Below are positions 13,101 through 25,489 of a stretch of DNA of 64,000 nt, piece after piece. The position numbers and the translations under genes were made by a program. This DNA comes from Octopus vulgaris (Eukaryota), in assembly GCA_951406725.2 (NCBI GenBank), contig OX597841.1:1860001-1924000 (forward strand), written 5' to 3'. Every line of letters starts with the position of its first letter. Position 1 is the stretch's first letter. The notes under the pieces are model-generated. The model had not been told where the DNA came from, searched no databases, and was given only the letters and a program-made list of their open reading frames with translations.

Positions 13101-14777
13101 GTATTAAGTATATATATATATTATGCGTGTGTGTGTATATATTTATGTATGTCTGTTTGTCCCCCACCCATCACCACTTGACCCATGTTAGTGTGTTTAT
13201 GTCCCCGTAACTTGGTGGGTCGCCAGAGAGGCAAATACAATAAGTATTAGGCTTATAAAGAATAAGTCTTGGAATCAATTTGTTCGACTGAAAACCCTTT
13301 AAGGCAATGCTCCAGCATGGCTGCAATCAAATGACTGGACGTGTAAAGAATAATATCACTCCGTAAGAATTACAGATATTTTGAGAATTATATAATTTTC
13401 TGAACCATTGAAACCTTGAGATGATGTAAAAGTCCATATAAATACTATTAAATAAGAAATCTCCAAAAAAATCGATAAAAGTTATAGTCTTACCTCTTCT
13501 TGTCTCTGAGCTGTCTGTTATTTTTCACATTACTTTAAGAAGTAAAACAGCAAAATCAAAAACCATATTTATATAATTATTCTGCTTCATTGCGTTCGTA
13601 GTCTTTAACAAATCTTAGTATGGTGTATTTGGAAAAGAAACTCGAAAAACACCGTGTCCTAAAGCTTCTCATAATTACTCTTGTTGGTTTTACATCTTGT
13701 CTTGGCCATAGTTTACAAATTTTCTTTGAGCAGACGACACTTAATTCACTAATGCGCATGCGTGGCTTGGGCTGCGTTTTTAAATCAATAATAAAACAAA
13801 AAATACACAAACGCTTTCCCTTTCCTTAAACACACTCTTACTCTCTCACGCACACATTGTCTCCCTTCCCATCTCTCTCTATCTCTTACACATACATTGT
13901 CTTCCTTCCCCTCTCTCTCTCTCTTACACACATTGTCTCCCTCCCTCTCTCTTACATACGCATTGTCTCCCTCCCCTCTCTCTCTTACACACACATTGTC
14001 TCTCTCCCCTCTCTCTCACACGCATACATTGTCTCCCTCCCCCTTTCTCTCTCTCTCACACCCACATTGTCTCCCTCCACCCCTCTTTCTCTTTCTTTCT
14101 GTCTCTCTCATTCTAACTCTTTTTCCTTTTACTTTTTTTCAACGACATCGCATCTCCCCTATGTTAAATATTCCCTTTTCCCCCTCTATCTGTCTGTCTC
14201 TTTCTTTTCTCTCCCCCCTCGGTTCCCTCCCTCTCTCTCTCTTTCTTTTATTTCCTTTAACTATGCCGCATCTCGACTAAGTTAAATATTCTATTTCCTT
14301 TCTTTCTGTGTGTCTCTCTCTCTCTCTCTCTGTCTCATTCTCTCTTTTATAAAAGTCCGTAGAAATACTATTAAATGCACCAAATGATAGATACAAACTT
14401 TTAAAGAATTAAGAGTTTATCTGGGGAACAAGGAGATACTGGCATGGCTGGGTAGTTAAAACATCTGGTACTGAACCTGACGATACAGGATGGGAAGCTT
14501 GCCATTACACGGCACCTTTGGCAAGTGTCTTCTTGTACAGACCGGGCCAACCAGAGCCTTGTGAATGGATTTGATAGATGGAAACTAAATGAAGCCTATC
14601 CTATATATATGTGTGTATGCCTGTGTTTGTCCCCTACTCATCACCACTTGACTGATGTTAGTGTTTATGTCCTCGTGACTTGGCGGTTCGGCAGAGAAAC
14701 CAAAAGAATAAGTATTAGACCGGGCCAACGAGAGCCTTGTGAGTGGATTTGATAGATGGAAACTAAATGAAGCCCGT

Positions 14778-14860
<83 letters not shown>

Positions 14861-17002
14861 TTATGTATGTGTCTGTTTGTCCCCCACCCATGACTACTTG
14901 ACCCATGTTAGTGTGTTTATGTCCCCGTAACTTGGTGGGTCGCCAGAGAGGAAAAATACAATAAGTATTAGGTTTATAAAGATTAAGTCTTGGAACCAAT
15001 TTCTTCGACTGAAAACCCTTTAAGGCAATGCTCCAGCATGGCTGCAATCAAATGACTGAAGCGTGTCAAAGAATAATATCACTCCGTAAAAATTACAGAT
15101 ATTTTGAGAATTATATAATTTTCTGAACCATTGAAACCTTGAGATGATGTAAAAGTCCATATAAATACTATTAAATGAGAAATCTCCAGAAAAATCGATG
15201 AAAGTTATAGTCTTACCTCTTCTCTTCTGTGAGCTGTCTGTTATTTTTCACATTACTTTAAGAAGTAAAACAGCAAAATCAAAAACCATATTTATATAAT
15301 TATTCTGCTTCATTGCGTTCGTAAAGTCTTTAACAAATCTTAGTATGGTGTATTTGGAAAAGAAACTATAAAAACACCGTGTCCTAAAGCTTCTCATACT
15401 TACTCTTGTTGGTTTTACATCTTGTCTTGGCCATAGTTTACAAGTTTTCTCTGAGCAGACGACACTTCATTCACTAATGCGCATGCGTGGCTTGAGCTGC
15501 GTTTTTAAATCAAAAATAAAACAAAAAAAAGACGAACGCTTTTCGCTTTTCCTTTCAGTAAATACACGCTCTCTCTCTCTCTATCTATCTATCTACCTCG
15601 GTTTATCTCTCTCTCTATTCTATCTATCTATCTATCTACCTCTGTTTATATTTCTCTCTCTCTCCCCTTGTTTCCTTCCCTCTCTCTCTTAATCTCTCTT
15701 CCTCCTTTTACTTCTTTCAATTATACATCATCTCCCGTGTTAAATATTCTCTTTCCCCCTCTCCATCTTTCTCTCCACCTCTGCCTGCAACTATTGAACC
15801 ACATAATACCATAATAGCCATCCTCCCCCCCCCCAGCTCTCACCGCTTACCACCTCTCTCACTCTCTCCCCTTCTGTTTCTTTCTCCTCTTTCTCCCTTC
15901 AATAGTCTTACCTCTTCTCTTCTCTGAGCTGTCTGTTATTTTTCACATTACGTTAAGAAGTAAAACAGCGAAATCAAAAACCATATTTATATAATTATTC
16001 TGCTTCATTGCATTCGTAAAGTCTTTAACAAACCTTAGTATGGTGTATTTGGAAAAGAAACTCTAAAATCACCGTGTCCTAAAGCTTCTCATACTTACTC
16101 TTGTTGGTTTTACATCTTGTCTTGGACATAGTTTACAAGTTTTCTCTGAGCAGACGACACTTAATTCACTAATGCGCATGCGTTGCTTGGGCTGCGTTTT
16201 TAAATCAAAAAGAAAATAAAAAAAGACGAACGCTTTTCGCTTTTCCTTCCAGTAAATACATGCTCTCTCTCTCTCTCTATCTATCTATGTATCTATCTAC
16301 CTCTGTTTATATATATATATATATATATCTATCTATCTATCTACCTCTGTTTATATTTCTCTCTCTCTCCCCTTGTTTCCTTCCCACTCTCTCTCTCTCT
16401 TATTCTCTCTTCCTCCTTTCTCCTTTTACTTCTTTCAATTATGCATCATCTCCCGTGTTAAATATTCTCTTTCCCCTCTCCATCTTTCTCTCCACCTCTG
16501 CCTGCAACTATTGAACCACATACCACATAATAGCCACCACCCCCAGCACTCACCGCTTACCACCTCTCTCACTCTCTCCCCCTCTTTTTCTTTCTCCTCT
16601 TTCTCCCTTCAATCTAATACTTAGATGCTTTTATTAAATTCATTCAGTTGGTAAATATAGATAAATCTTGGAATAATGGTTTTGATTTACTGCCGGGTGA
16701 CTTTTGGCCAACCTTGTATATATATTCCAACATTATCAGTTATCATTATCATTGTTTAAATGTCTATTTTCCATTCTGGCATGAATTGGACAGCTTGATA
16801 AGAACTGACAATGCACAGAACTGCACTATACTCCAATGTCTGCTTTGATAAGGATTCTTTAGACAGAATCCCTTCTTCACACCAACCACTTTACAAAGTA
16901 TACTGGGTGTTTTTCTTTTCCTGATCCCTAAGAATTATGAAATGATAAATGCAAAATCTTAAACAATAAAGAGTTTATTTATCAGGAGAACAAGAAGGAT
17001 CT

Positions 17003-17375
17003 GGCATGGCTGGGTAGTTAAATCATCTAGCACTGAACCTGACGACACATGTTGGGAAGCATGTGTCTCCTTACACGGCACCTTTGTCAAGTGTCTTCTA
17101 CTATAGCGCGAACCTTGTGAGTGGATTTGGTAGATGGAAACTAAAAGAAGCCTGTCGTATATATATATGTGTGTTTGTGTTTGTTTCCCTGTCACCATTT
17201 AACAACTGGTGTTGGTGTGTTTATATCCCCGTAACTAGCGGTTCGTCAAAGAGATCAACAGAACAAGTACTAGGCTTATAAAGAATAAGTCCTGGGGTCG
17301 ATTTCTTCGACAAAAAACGCTTTAAGGCAGAGCTTCAGCATGGCTACAGACAAATGATTGAAACGTGTCAAAGAA
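17003..17375 (+). mobile_element. SINE family A, diverged copy (homologues in each array spacer)
   Basis: ggcatggctgggtagttaaat...gtggatttggtagatggaaact...cagcatggctacagacaaatga. Confidence 0.75.
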
Positions 17376-18290
17376 TAATAGCATCCCCTGGAAATGGCAG
17401 TTATTTTGCGAATTATATAATTTTCTGAACCATTGAGATGATGTAAAAGTCCATATAAATACTATTAAATAAGAAATCTCCAGAAAATTTGATGAAAGTT
17501 ATATTCTTACCTCTTCTCTTCTGTGAGCTGTCTGTTATTTTTCACATTACTTTAAGAAACAGCAAAATCAAAAACCATATTTATATAATTATTCTGCTTC
17601 ATTACATTCGTAAAGTCTTTAACAAATCTTAGTATGGTGTATTTGGGAAAGAAACTCTAAAAACACCGTGTCCTAAAGCTTCTCATACTTACTCTTGTTG
17701 GTTTTACATCTTGTCTTGGCCATAGTTTACAAGTTTTCTCTGAGCAGACGACACTTAATTCGCTAATGCGCATGCGTGGCTTGAGCTGCGTTTTTAAATA
17801 AAAAATAAAACAAAAAATAGACAAACGCTTTTCGTGTTTCTTTCATAAAACACATTTTCTCTCTCTCTTCCTCTGTCACCTTCTCTCCTTTCTATCTATC
17901 ACTCTTTCCATGTCTTTCTCTCGCTTTTCTTGTTTCCCTCCCTATCTCTTTCTCTCATTCTCCCATTTATTCTCACTCCCACCCCTCTCTCCTTTTCCTT
18001 CTTTCAACTATACGGCATCTACTCTCTGATAAATATTCCCCTCTTTTTCTCTAGCTTCCTCTTTGTCTCACCCTCTCTTTTTATCCTCCTCCCACTCTTT
18101 CTCATTTTCTCTCATTCTCTCTCTGTCCTTTCTCTTTTGCTTCTTTCAACTTTAACGCATCTCACCTGTGTTAAATATTCTCTTTCCCTTCTCTCTCTCT
18201 TTCCTTGTACCTTTTCCTGTAACTATCTAACCGCATATCATAATAGCAATCCTTAGCTATCATCGATGACCACCTCTCTCTCACTTTCTC

Positions 18291-18884
18291 ACAATGCCCC
18301 AAGGTGACTGAACTCTGGGCTTATGTCCAACACCTGCTGTCGCATTCGAGAAGAGTACAACTGTCGAGCGAATCTGTAATTAAGATCGTTCCGCCGACCT
18401 CCCTGAATAGGGAGGAGCGAGCCTATTTTCTCTCGGTAGTTGCTGTGGCGAAAGAAGTAGCATGAAAGTCGAGAGTGAAAGGAATTGCAAATAGGCATGT
18501 TCATCTCCAGTCTCGAGCTAATCGATTTTTTCGTTTTCCACATGAAACGGAAAATAAGGCTGGAGAAGAAATGCCTGTCGCAAAGTGTGTTTCGTAAAAG
18601 ATTAAGTATATAGCAAGCATGTTGCGAGTGAAAGAACCTGTTTAAACGAGAATGTAAAAAAGGAGAAAGCAAAGTCTTCAGTGTGAGAATGTGGTTTGTG
18701 GGGTCAACCGCGTCCTCCGCTTCATTTTTTGTTAATCACTCATTCTCATTTAATTGTATATATTTTAATTGTTTGTTTATTCATACGTTTCGTCTCATTC
18801 GATACCCTGACCCCCAACGTTTGTTTTGTCTGTCCCCATATTGTCCCCTCTTTTTCTCAACCTTTTGGTGAATAAAGAAATATT
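18291..18884 (+). mobile_element. L1/Tx1-clade LINE 3' end (ORF2 C-terminus plus 3'UTR)
   Basis: Manual translation QCPKVTELWAYVQHLL...VVAVAKEVA*KSRVKG / LIDFFVFHMKRKIRLEKKCLSQSVFRKR resembles the L1/Tx1 ORF2 C-terminus. AATAAA is at 18871 and both flanks are CT-rich. Confidence 0.7.
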
Positions 18885-18983
18885 CTCTCACTCTTTTTTC
18901 TCTCTCTCTCATCATTTTATTTCCACTTTCTCCCTTCAACTAACAACAATGTCACACATTTCTTTATCTAAAGATACATATAC

Positions 18984-19095
18984 GGGATCTTTACCTTTTG
19001 ACCGGCAGATTTAGAAAATAATTTTTTCTAACTAATCACTTTCAAACTTCGTATACTGGTAGAATGTGTCATATAAAACATCTTTTACTCTTAAG
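18984..19095 (+). mobile_element. Fragment related to the GGATC-TIR MITE at 39121 (another at about 57230-57426, -)
   Basis: ggatctttaccttttgaccggcagattt...aaacttcgtatactggtagaatgtgt is shared with the 39121 element. Confidence 0.65.
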
Positions 19096-19544
19096 ATATA
19101 TATATATATATATATACATGCATACATACATACACGACGGGCTTCTTTCAGTTTCCGTCTACCAAATCCTCATACGGCCCGAGACTATATTTCGTGGTGG
19201 TGTATATATGTGTGTGTGTGTGTGCTTATATGCATTTATATGTACAAGATATACATATAATCATATACCTGGATAGATATACGTATGTGTGTGTGCACAC
19301 ACAAAAATACATTATGTGGGTGATATTTTTAACCGAGACGTTACAATCGTATCTGATTCTTCAATTCTTCGCATGTACATGTATTTACTAGATTGCTGAC
19401 ATTTATTAATGCTTTTCCCCATTGTGCTGATGTGTCTTTTCTATCATTAATAAAGCTGTCGGCATTTTTGCCAACACCCGTATGCTATTAATATTAGGAA
19501 TAATGTATAACTATATGTATTTTTGAGAGTATTGAAGCATATTG

Positions 19545-20110
19545 GTGAGTTTTAACATAGGTCACTGATTACTTTGAAACAAGGGGAATAATTCTCTCTA
19601 CCTTAACCACAAAATTTTGAAGGAGTGGACTTGTCGCTAAGCATTTTGCTCTTCACACTAACGATTCTGCAAGCTCGCTGTCTCAATAAGCGGAATAGTG
19701 GATCGACGACACGACCTACTGGCTATGTTTCTAATTAGTTCAATTAATCTAATTATTTCAATGTTTGTGAATGAGATAGGACCACCTACATATTCCAGGG
19801 TCGGTGTTCCATCACATTCAGGATTAAATATTTCATTTCATCACAACTTACATTGTTAATCGGTTGTTCCGTTTTACAACCCGAGGGAAATAGCTTTTAA
19901 TTAACAACAAATCAATCAATGAACGTTCCTCAGCCTTCTTCACTTTTCATTTGGACTTTATAGCAAACATTCTATTGATAAATAGAAAATGTATCTACAT
20001 TACTTCTGTTCCACATAAACAAAGGTCTGTGATATCTAAGACAAGAAATTGAACCGTAAGAGGTTAACTCGCAGAAATTTCTCAATTGTTGTAGAAGAAT
20101 TTCAATCTCA
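19545..20110 (+). promoter_or_regulatory. Orphan copy of the ZNF upstream module (no CDS follows)
   Basis: ttaaatatttcatttcatcacaacttacattgttaat...caacaaatcaatcaatgaac...ctgtgatatctaagacaagaaa is homologous to 21140-21570 and 54925-55405. Confidence 0.65.
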
Positions 20111-20261
20111 TAAGAACATTTGTTACCAATTGTATATGGATGCTCTACATTTTATGCACTATAGAACATCATTAAATTATAATTTAGTCTGCAAGAAACA
20201 TTCTAGCAGTAATAGAAAATGTATCTACTTTGGAAACGTCTCCATATGTAAACAGACGTTT

Positions 20262-20520
20262 GCGAGCAATGTGCATCAAAGAATAACAACGAGCAGTGGT
20301 CCAATTTCTCTGGCTGGAAGATGTGTCAGGTGCTGAAATTCATCAGAGGCTTTTGGCACAATATGGGTACAGTGCACTGCCGTGTAAAAGTGTGCATGAG
20401 TAGATCGAGAAGTTTAAAAGGGGCCAGACAAGCATGATGCACAAAGAGGGAGCAGGACACCTATCAATCTCCACCAGTGACGGGAAGATTCAGCAAGCTT
20501 GAGAGATGGTAATGGTGAAG
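20262..20520 (+). mobile_element. mariner transposase N-terminal (HTH) relic
   Basis: MCIKE*QRAVVQFLWLEDVSGAEIHQRLLAQYGYSALPCKSVHE*IEKFKRGQTSM...GAGHLSIST, with in-frame stops. Confidence 0.8.
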
Positions 20521-21139
20521 CGGTTCACCATTACCATCTCTTGGATCACTGCTTCTTTGTTCTTCTTTGGTACTCATTGCTAGTAGAGCAGCCATGCTCA
20601 TACAGTAAGGCAAGGAAGAAAAGTGACGCCATCAGCCTGAAATTTCGATCCCGCAACCGTCGGAAGTTTTTAAATGCATGGATGCAACTAGCAGTGACAT
20701 GAAAGCCACAATGTGATCACTCTGTATGCTAAAAATAACAGCCAAATCTCTAATAAATATTTTTTTTTTTAATCTGAAATTTTTAAATCACACCACAATA
20801 ACGACGCCCATCCCTTAAAAATAAAATATTAAAAAGCAATGTATCAGCTCAGTTCCCGTTTATTTCTACCGAAATCTAGGTTGAGTTTATTTTTCCTGTT
20901 ATTAACAGAGCCTAGTACGATTTGAGAGTGATTTGGCTATTATTTCACCAGGTCTGCCGTTGTTGATGCATATTTATTATTTATAATACTGATTATTATG
21001 CCAGTTGGTGGGGCTTTTGGTTGTTGTTTTGTGGGGTTTTTTTGTGGTTTTTTTTTTTGGTGGTGGGACGTTTGCTATTGACTGACGATATTAAATAAGC
21101 AAATTACTATAATTGAACGTTTCTGAATGTATAAAATAA

Positions 21140-21933
21140 TGTCGGAGACTTTTAACATACGTCACCGGTAATATTGAAACAAGTGGAATAATTATTAACG
21201 ACACCGCTTATTTTGTGTGTTTCCAATTAACTGGACTAATCTTATTATATGACACATTGTAATTAGCTCATGTTAAAGTGAATGTTTGTTTGTGCATAAG
21301 ACAGGGTGACCTACGTGTTTCAGGGTCGGTGATCCATGACCTTCGTTAAATATTTCATTTCATCGCAGCTTACATCGTTAATTGGTTGTTCCCTATTTTA
21401 CAGAGGAAATGGCTTTTAATCAACAACAAATCAATCATTGAACTTTCCTCACCTTTCTTCATTTGTCATTTCGACTTTATATCAAACATTCTACTGGTGA
21501 GTAGTAAATATATCTATATTACATCTGTTCCACACGTGTACACGGAGGACTGTGATATCTTAAGACGAAACTAAAGTCAGAAAACAGCACAGCTCCCATG
21601 ACTTTCGAAAACATTTTTTCACGCTGAGAGTTGCTGAAGCATGGAACAAACTGCCGGCATCAGTTGTTAGTTGTCGGAGCCCTGCATCCTTCAAAGCTTC
21701 CATGCTTTCTGAGATTCGCCAACCATACACACACAAGCATGTATCTGACTCATACATTGTTCGCTTTCCAGACATTTGTACATTACTGCATGTACTTTAT
21801 ACGCACTTTTTGACAAGTTGTGGTGCACCTGAGCACTGTATACAATAATTTCATTATTATTCTATTATTATTTAAACCATAATTAATCCACAGGCATTTG
21901 TCAGTTTTTTTAAAGAATTTCTCAAGGATTAAT
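21140..21933 (+). promoter_or_regulatory. Conserved ZNF upstream/5'UTR module (interrupted by CR1 tail)
   Basis: Contains tacgtcaccgg, acceptor-like ccctattttacag, uORF atggcttttaatcaacaacaaatcaatcattga and donor-like actg|gtgagt. It is colinear with 54925-55405. Confidence 0.6.
21572..21870 (+). mobile_element. CR1 LINE 3' end
   Basis: KVRKQHSSHDFRKHFFTLRVAEAWNKLPASVV...SFK plus a 3'UTR ending in (ATT)n. Same family as 29588-30005. Confidence 0.85.
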
Positions 21934-23010
21934 ATGGAGAACAGTAATCACTTGGATACTTCTAAGACGAAACACAAAAAAATACATAACTGTGATATAT
22001 GTGACAAATCTTTTGCTTCAAACAGTGTTTTAAGAATTCATACAAGAATCCATACGGGAGAGAAACCGTTTCACTGTGACATCTGTGGGAAATCTTTTGT
22101 TAATAATTCTCATCTTGTAGTTCACAAACGTAGTCATACGGGAGAGAAACCCTACAATTGTGAAATATGTGGAAAATATTTTGTCAATAATAGTGATTTG
22201 ACAAAACACAAACGAATCCACACAGGGGAGAAACCCTACCATTGTGAAATCTGTGGGAAAAAATTTGTGCATAGCAGCGTCTTGACCACACACAAGCGGA
22301 TCCATACGGGGGAAAAACCTTGTCGTTGTGATGTGTGCGGCAAGTCTTTCACACGAACTTCTCGTCTTGTTATTCATAATCGTATTCACACTGGAGAAAA
22401 ACCTTATCACTGTGAAATATGTGGCAAGTCTTTTTCCGATAATTCCAATCTTGTTATCCACATTCGTAGTCATACCGGGGAAAAGCCGTTCCACTGTGGG
22501 ACTTGTGGGAAATCGTTTATTACTAACAGTGATTTAAACAGACACAAGCGAATTCACACGGGAGAGAAACCGTTTCATTGCGAGATCTGCGGCAAGTCTT
22601 TTCTCTCGAACAGTGACTTAATAAAGCATAAACGAATTCACACGGGAGAGAAACCGTTTCCGTGTGAAATGTGTGGTAAATATTTTGTAAACAATTCTTG
22701 TCTTGCTGTTCACAAACGGATACATACTGGAGAAAGAACTTACCATTGTGAAATATGCGGAAAATCTTTTGTGTCTAATAGTGATTTGACTAAACATAAA
22801 CGCATCCATACGGGAGAGAAACCCTACCATTGTGAGATATGTGGGAAGTGTTTCTCTGTTAATTCCAGTCTAATAGTTCACAAGCGTAGTCACACTGGAG
22901 AAAGACCATATCATTGTGAACTATGTGAGAAATCTTTTATCACTAATGCTCTCTTAAAAACACACCAACTGACACATATTGGAGGGAAACCCTTTAACTG
23001 TGAAATGTGA
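21934..23010 (+). CDS. C2H2 zinc-finger protein, 12 fingers, single coding exon
   Basis: ATG at 21934 (MENSNHLD, as in paralogs), then 12 tandem fingers with TGEKP linkers, ending in a truncated finger CEM*. Confidence 0.95.
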   Translation: MENSNHLDTSKTKHKKIHNCDICDKSFASNSVLRIHTRIHTGEKPFHCDICGKSFVNNSHLVVHKRSHTGEKPYNCEICGKYFVNNSDLTKHKRIHTGEKPYHCEICGKKFVHSSVLTTHKRIHTGEKPCRCDVCGKSFTRTSRLVIHNRIHTGEKPYHCEICGKSFSDNSNLVIHIRSHTGEKPFHCGTCGKSFITNSDLNRHKRIHTGEKPFHCEICGKSFLSNSDLIKHKRIHTGEKPFPCEMCGKYFVNNSCLAVHKRIHTGERTYHCEICGKSFVSNSDLTKHKRIHTGEKPYHCEICGKCFSVNSSLIVHKRSHTGERPYHCELCEKSFITNALLKTHQLTHIGGKPFNCEM

Positions 23011-23062
23011 AAAAAAAAACCTTTTTATTGAAATACAAACTCTTTATCTGCTAACATGTACA

Positions 23063-23510
23063 TCTTATTTCTTTATTGCCCACAAGGGGCTAAACATAGA
23101 GGGGACAAACAAGGACAGACGAAGGGATTGTCTTATTTCTTTATTACCCACAAAGGGCTAAACATAGAGGGGACAAACAAGGACAGACGAAGGGATTAAG
23201 TCTTATTTCTTTATTACCCACAAGGGGCTAAACATAGAGGGGACAAACAAGGACAGACAAAGGGATTAAGTCTTATTTCTTTATTGCCCACAAGGGGCTA
23301 AACATAGAGGGGACAAACAAGGACAGACAAAGGGATTAAGTCGATTACATCGACCCCAGTGCGTAGCTGGTTCTTAATTTATCGACCCCGAAAGGATGAA
23401 AGGCAAAGTCGACCTCAGCGGAATTTGAACTCAGAACGTAACGGCAGACGAAATACGGCTATGCATTTCGCCCGCCGGCGTGCTAACGTTTCTGCCAGCT
23501 CACCGCCTTA
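23063..23510 (-). mobile_element. SINE family B with 4x tandem 3' tail and an 11-bp TSD
   Basis: TAACATGTACA at 23052-23062 and 23511-23521. The 68-70-bp tail unit starts at 23063, 23131, 23201 and 23271. Confidence 0.9.
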
Positions 23511-23734
23511 TAACATGTACAACATCTATCAATGGTGTGAGTCACAACTTGTCGTTATTACTGAATGTCTGCTTTCCATGCTGGTATGGGTTGGACAGTG
23601 TGACAGGATCTAGTGAGCTGCAGGCATATGTTATCTGCATTGTGCTCCATGTAAGCATTAGGAAGGGTAGCCAGCTGTAAAAACCATGCCAAAGCAAGCA
23701 GGGGAGCTTGGCACAGCTTATTAGTTCATGTCAA

Positions 23735-23952
23735 AAGGCCGCGAGCTGGCAGAATCGTTAGCATGCCGGGCGAAATGCTTAGTGGTATTTCGTCTGCCAC
23801 CACGTTCTGAGTTCAAATTCCGCCAAGGTCAACTTTGCCTTTCGTCCATTTGGGGTCGATAAATTAAGTACCAGTTGTATACTGGGGTTAATCTAATCGA
23901 CTGGCCCCTCCCCTCCAAATTTCAGGCCTTGTGCCTATAATAGAAAGGATTA
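23735..23952 (+). mobile_element. SINE family B (other copies at about 43173-43395 and 46780-47000)
   Basis: gagctggcagaatcgttagc...gagttcaaattcc (A/B-box-like) followed by ggggtcgataaattaagtaccag. Confidence 0.8.
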
Positions 23953-25489
23953 GTTTGTGCCAAACCATTCAGCTGATGCTGCTATGGAAAAAGGGTCCTT
24001 CGATGATCATTGTCATCATCAAATGAGCATCTTTCATGCTGGCAAGGGTTGGATAATTTGACAATCCAGTGAGTCCAAGGATTGCATCATGCTCCAATTT
24101 CAGCTTTGATATGGTTTCTACGACTGGATGCCCTTCCTAATGCCAACCACTTTGTAGAGTATGTAGTGGGAATTTTTGTTTCTTTTCATACTACCAGCGC
24201 TTGTAAGGTCACCAAGTAACAGGAAAAGAACAAAGTGAGGTGTGAGATAGGGGTGCTTTATGTCAGTTGTTGACATGCTTAATTAGGATAGAGGGACAAG
24301 CACAGGTGTTATGCTTTAGGGCAGATACATGGCTACTCCACATTATACGAGGATAGGTGATGGTAACTGAGAAAAAGATAATAATGGTGTACTTGAGCAA
24401 ACTTTCTAGGTCAAGCTCTGTGAATTCTTGTCTACAAATGTCCTTTTGCTCAAAAAAAAAAAAATCATTTACTCCATTCACCTCTACTACCACCACCACC
24501 TCCTTTTTATCCATCTGTCACTCTCTCCTCACACTTACCCACGACCCACCCACCCTTCCTGATCCTCTGTCCCTATCCTCTCTTTTCTACTTACCTTGCT
24601 GTACCTTAAGGGTATGCTCTGACATCTCATCACCATCATCTTTTTCTTTTCTCACTCACCCTTGTATAATGTGTGGGATAGCCAGATCCCCCCTCTGCAG
24701 CCAGAAACCTGAGCGCTGTCCTTCAGTGTTCAGATTTCTTTGTCAAATGTAAAAAAGCAAATTTCTCACCACACAGCTGCCACCCCTGCACATAAATGGA
24801 CATGAATTTCAAGAAATAGTTTTTTTTTCTTTTTTCTTTGTTTTGATTACATGGAAATTTATATTATTTATTCTTGAAATTCTTAACTCCTTCTCCCAAA
24901 AAATTGCACTTCATATTCAAAACTCTGATGAAACTATAAGGAGATACCCTGGCACTCAACTATGAATCCACTGCATCCTATAGCAGAAACAGCTATAAGC
25001 TAGTGAAGTTCATAAGATAATTTTTTTCCTTTGTCATCTCTCTTTTGTGTTTTTGTTCCTAAAGACTTAAGGATCGTCATCATCGTTTTTTGGTAAAAAA
25101 AATTTTTTTTCAATAAAAGTTGAAAATGTTTACAATGTAAAGGTGTTATTTAAGGGAGATTTGGCTGTTGTTTCTAGCACACCCCAAGAACACTTTCCTT
25201 ATTTGTCTGTTACTCCCATAAATAACCCAAAATTTATTTTCATAAAAAGGTGCCTCCCATCATTTCAAAGACTGTGGTGAAAAACAACTTGGAAAAATCC
25301 CTGTAAAATTGGAAAAGATCCAACATACATGGGTGTCCTGATTTGAAACTCCACCAAGAGGTAGAATGAAAGTTTACAGGACGTCACACACACACACACA
25401 AATGTACACATACTCAGGTAATTATGAGTTTAAGATAGTGTCTTCTAAAGCCATTCAATGTTGACAATATGTAAATTGAGTTATTTGTC

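Larger units (their letters stand above)
8900..17830. repeat. Tandem segmental array: 6 copies of a ~330-bp core module with variable CT-rich, SINE and hairpin spacers
   Basis: tcttacctcttctc...cagacgacacttaattcactaatgcgcatgcgt recurs at about 9027, 10916, 13488, 15211, 15906 and 17505 with near identity. Confidence 0.95.

Noticed and set aside
11073-14285. Long ORFs rich in S/L/P/H/T or R/E/G (e.g. 11182..11757, 13857..14285)
   Set aside because: They are translations of CT/CA-rich degenerate tandem repeats, with no domain signal.
9027-17790. CRISPR-like or snRNA-gene interpretation of the array (atacttac resembles the U1 5' end)
   Set aside because: The DNA is eukaryotic, the units are hundreds of bp and there are no cas genes. 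Sequence after atacttac does not match U1, and the match is better explained as the reverse complement of a GTAAGTAT splice donor.
21898-21933. Upstream TTG start for the 21934 gene given by the ORF track
   Set aside because: Paralogs all begin at the ATG of MENxNHLD, and a non-ATG start is unlikely in a eukaryote.
22030-22830. Antisense and alternative-frame ORFs overlapping ZNF genes (also 30587..30961, 44552..44803, 52506..52901)
   Set aside because: They are shadows of the repetitive finger codon pattern.
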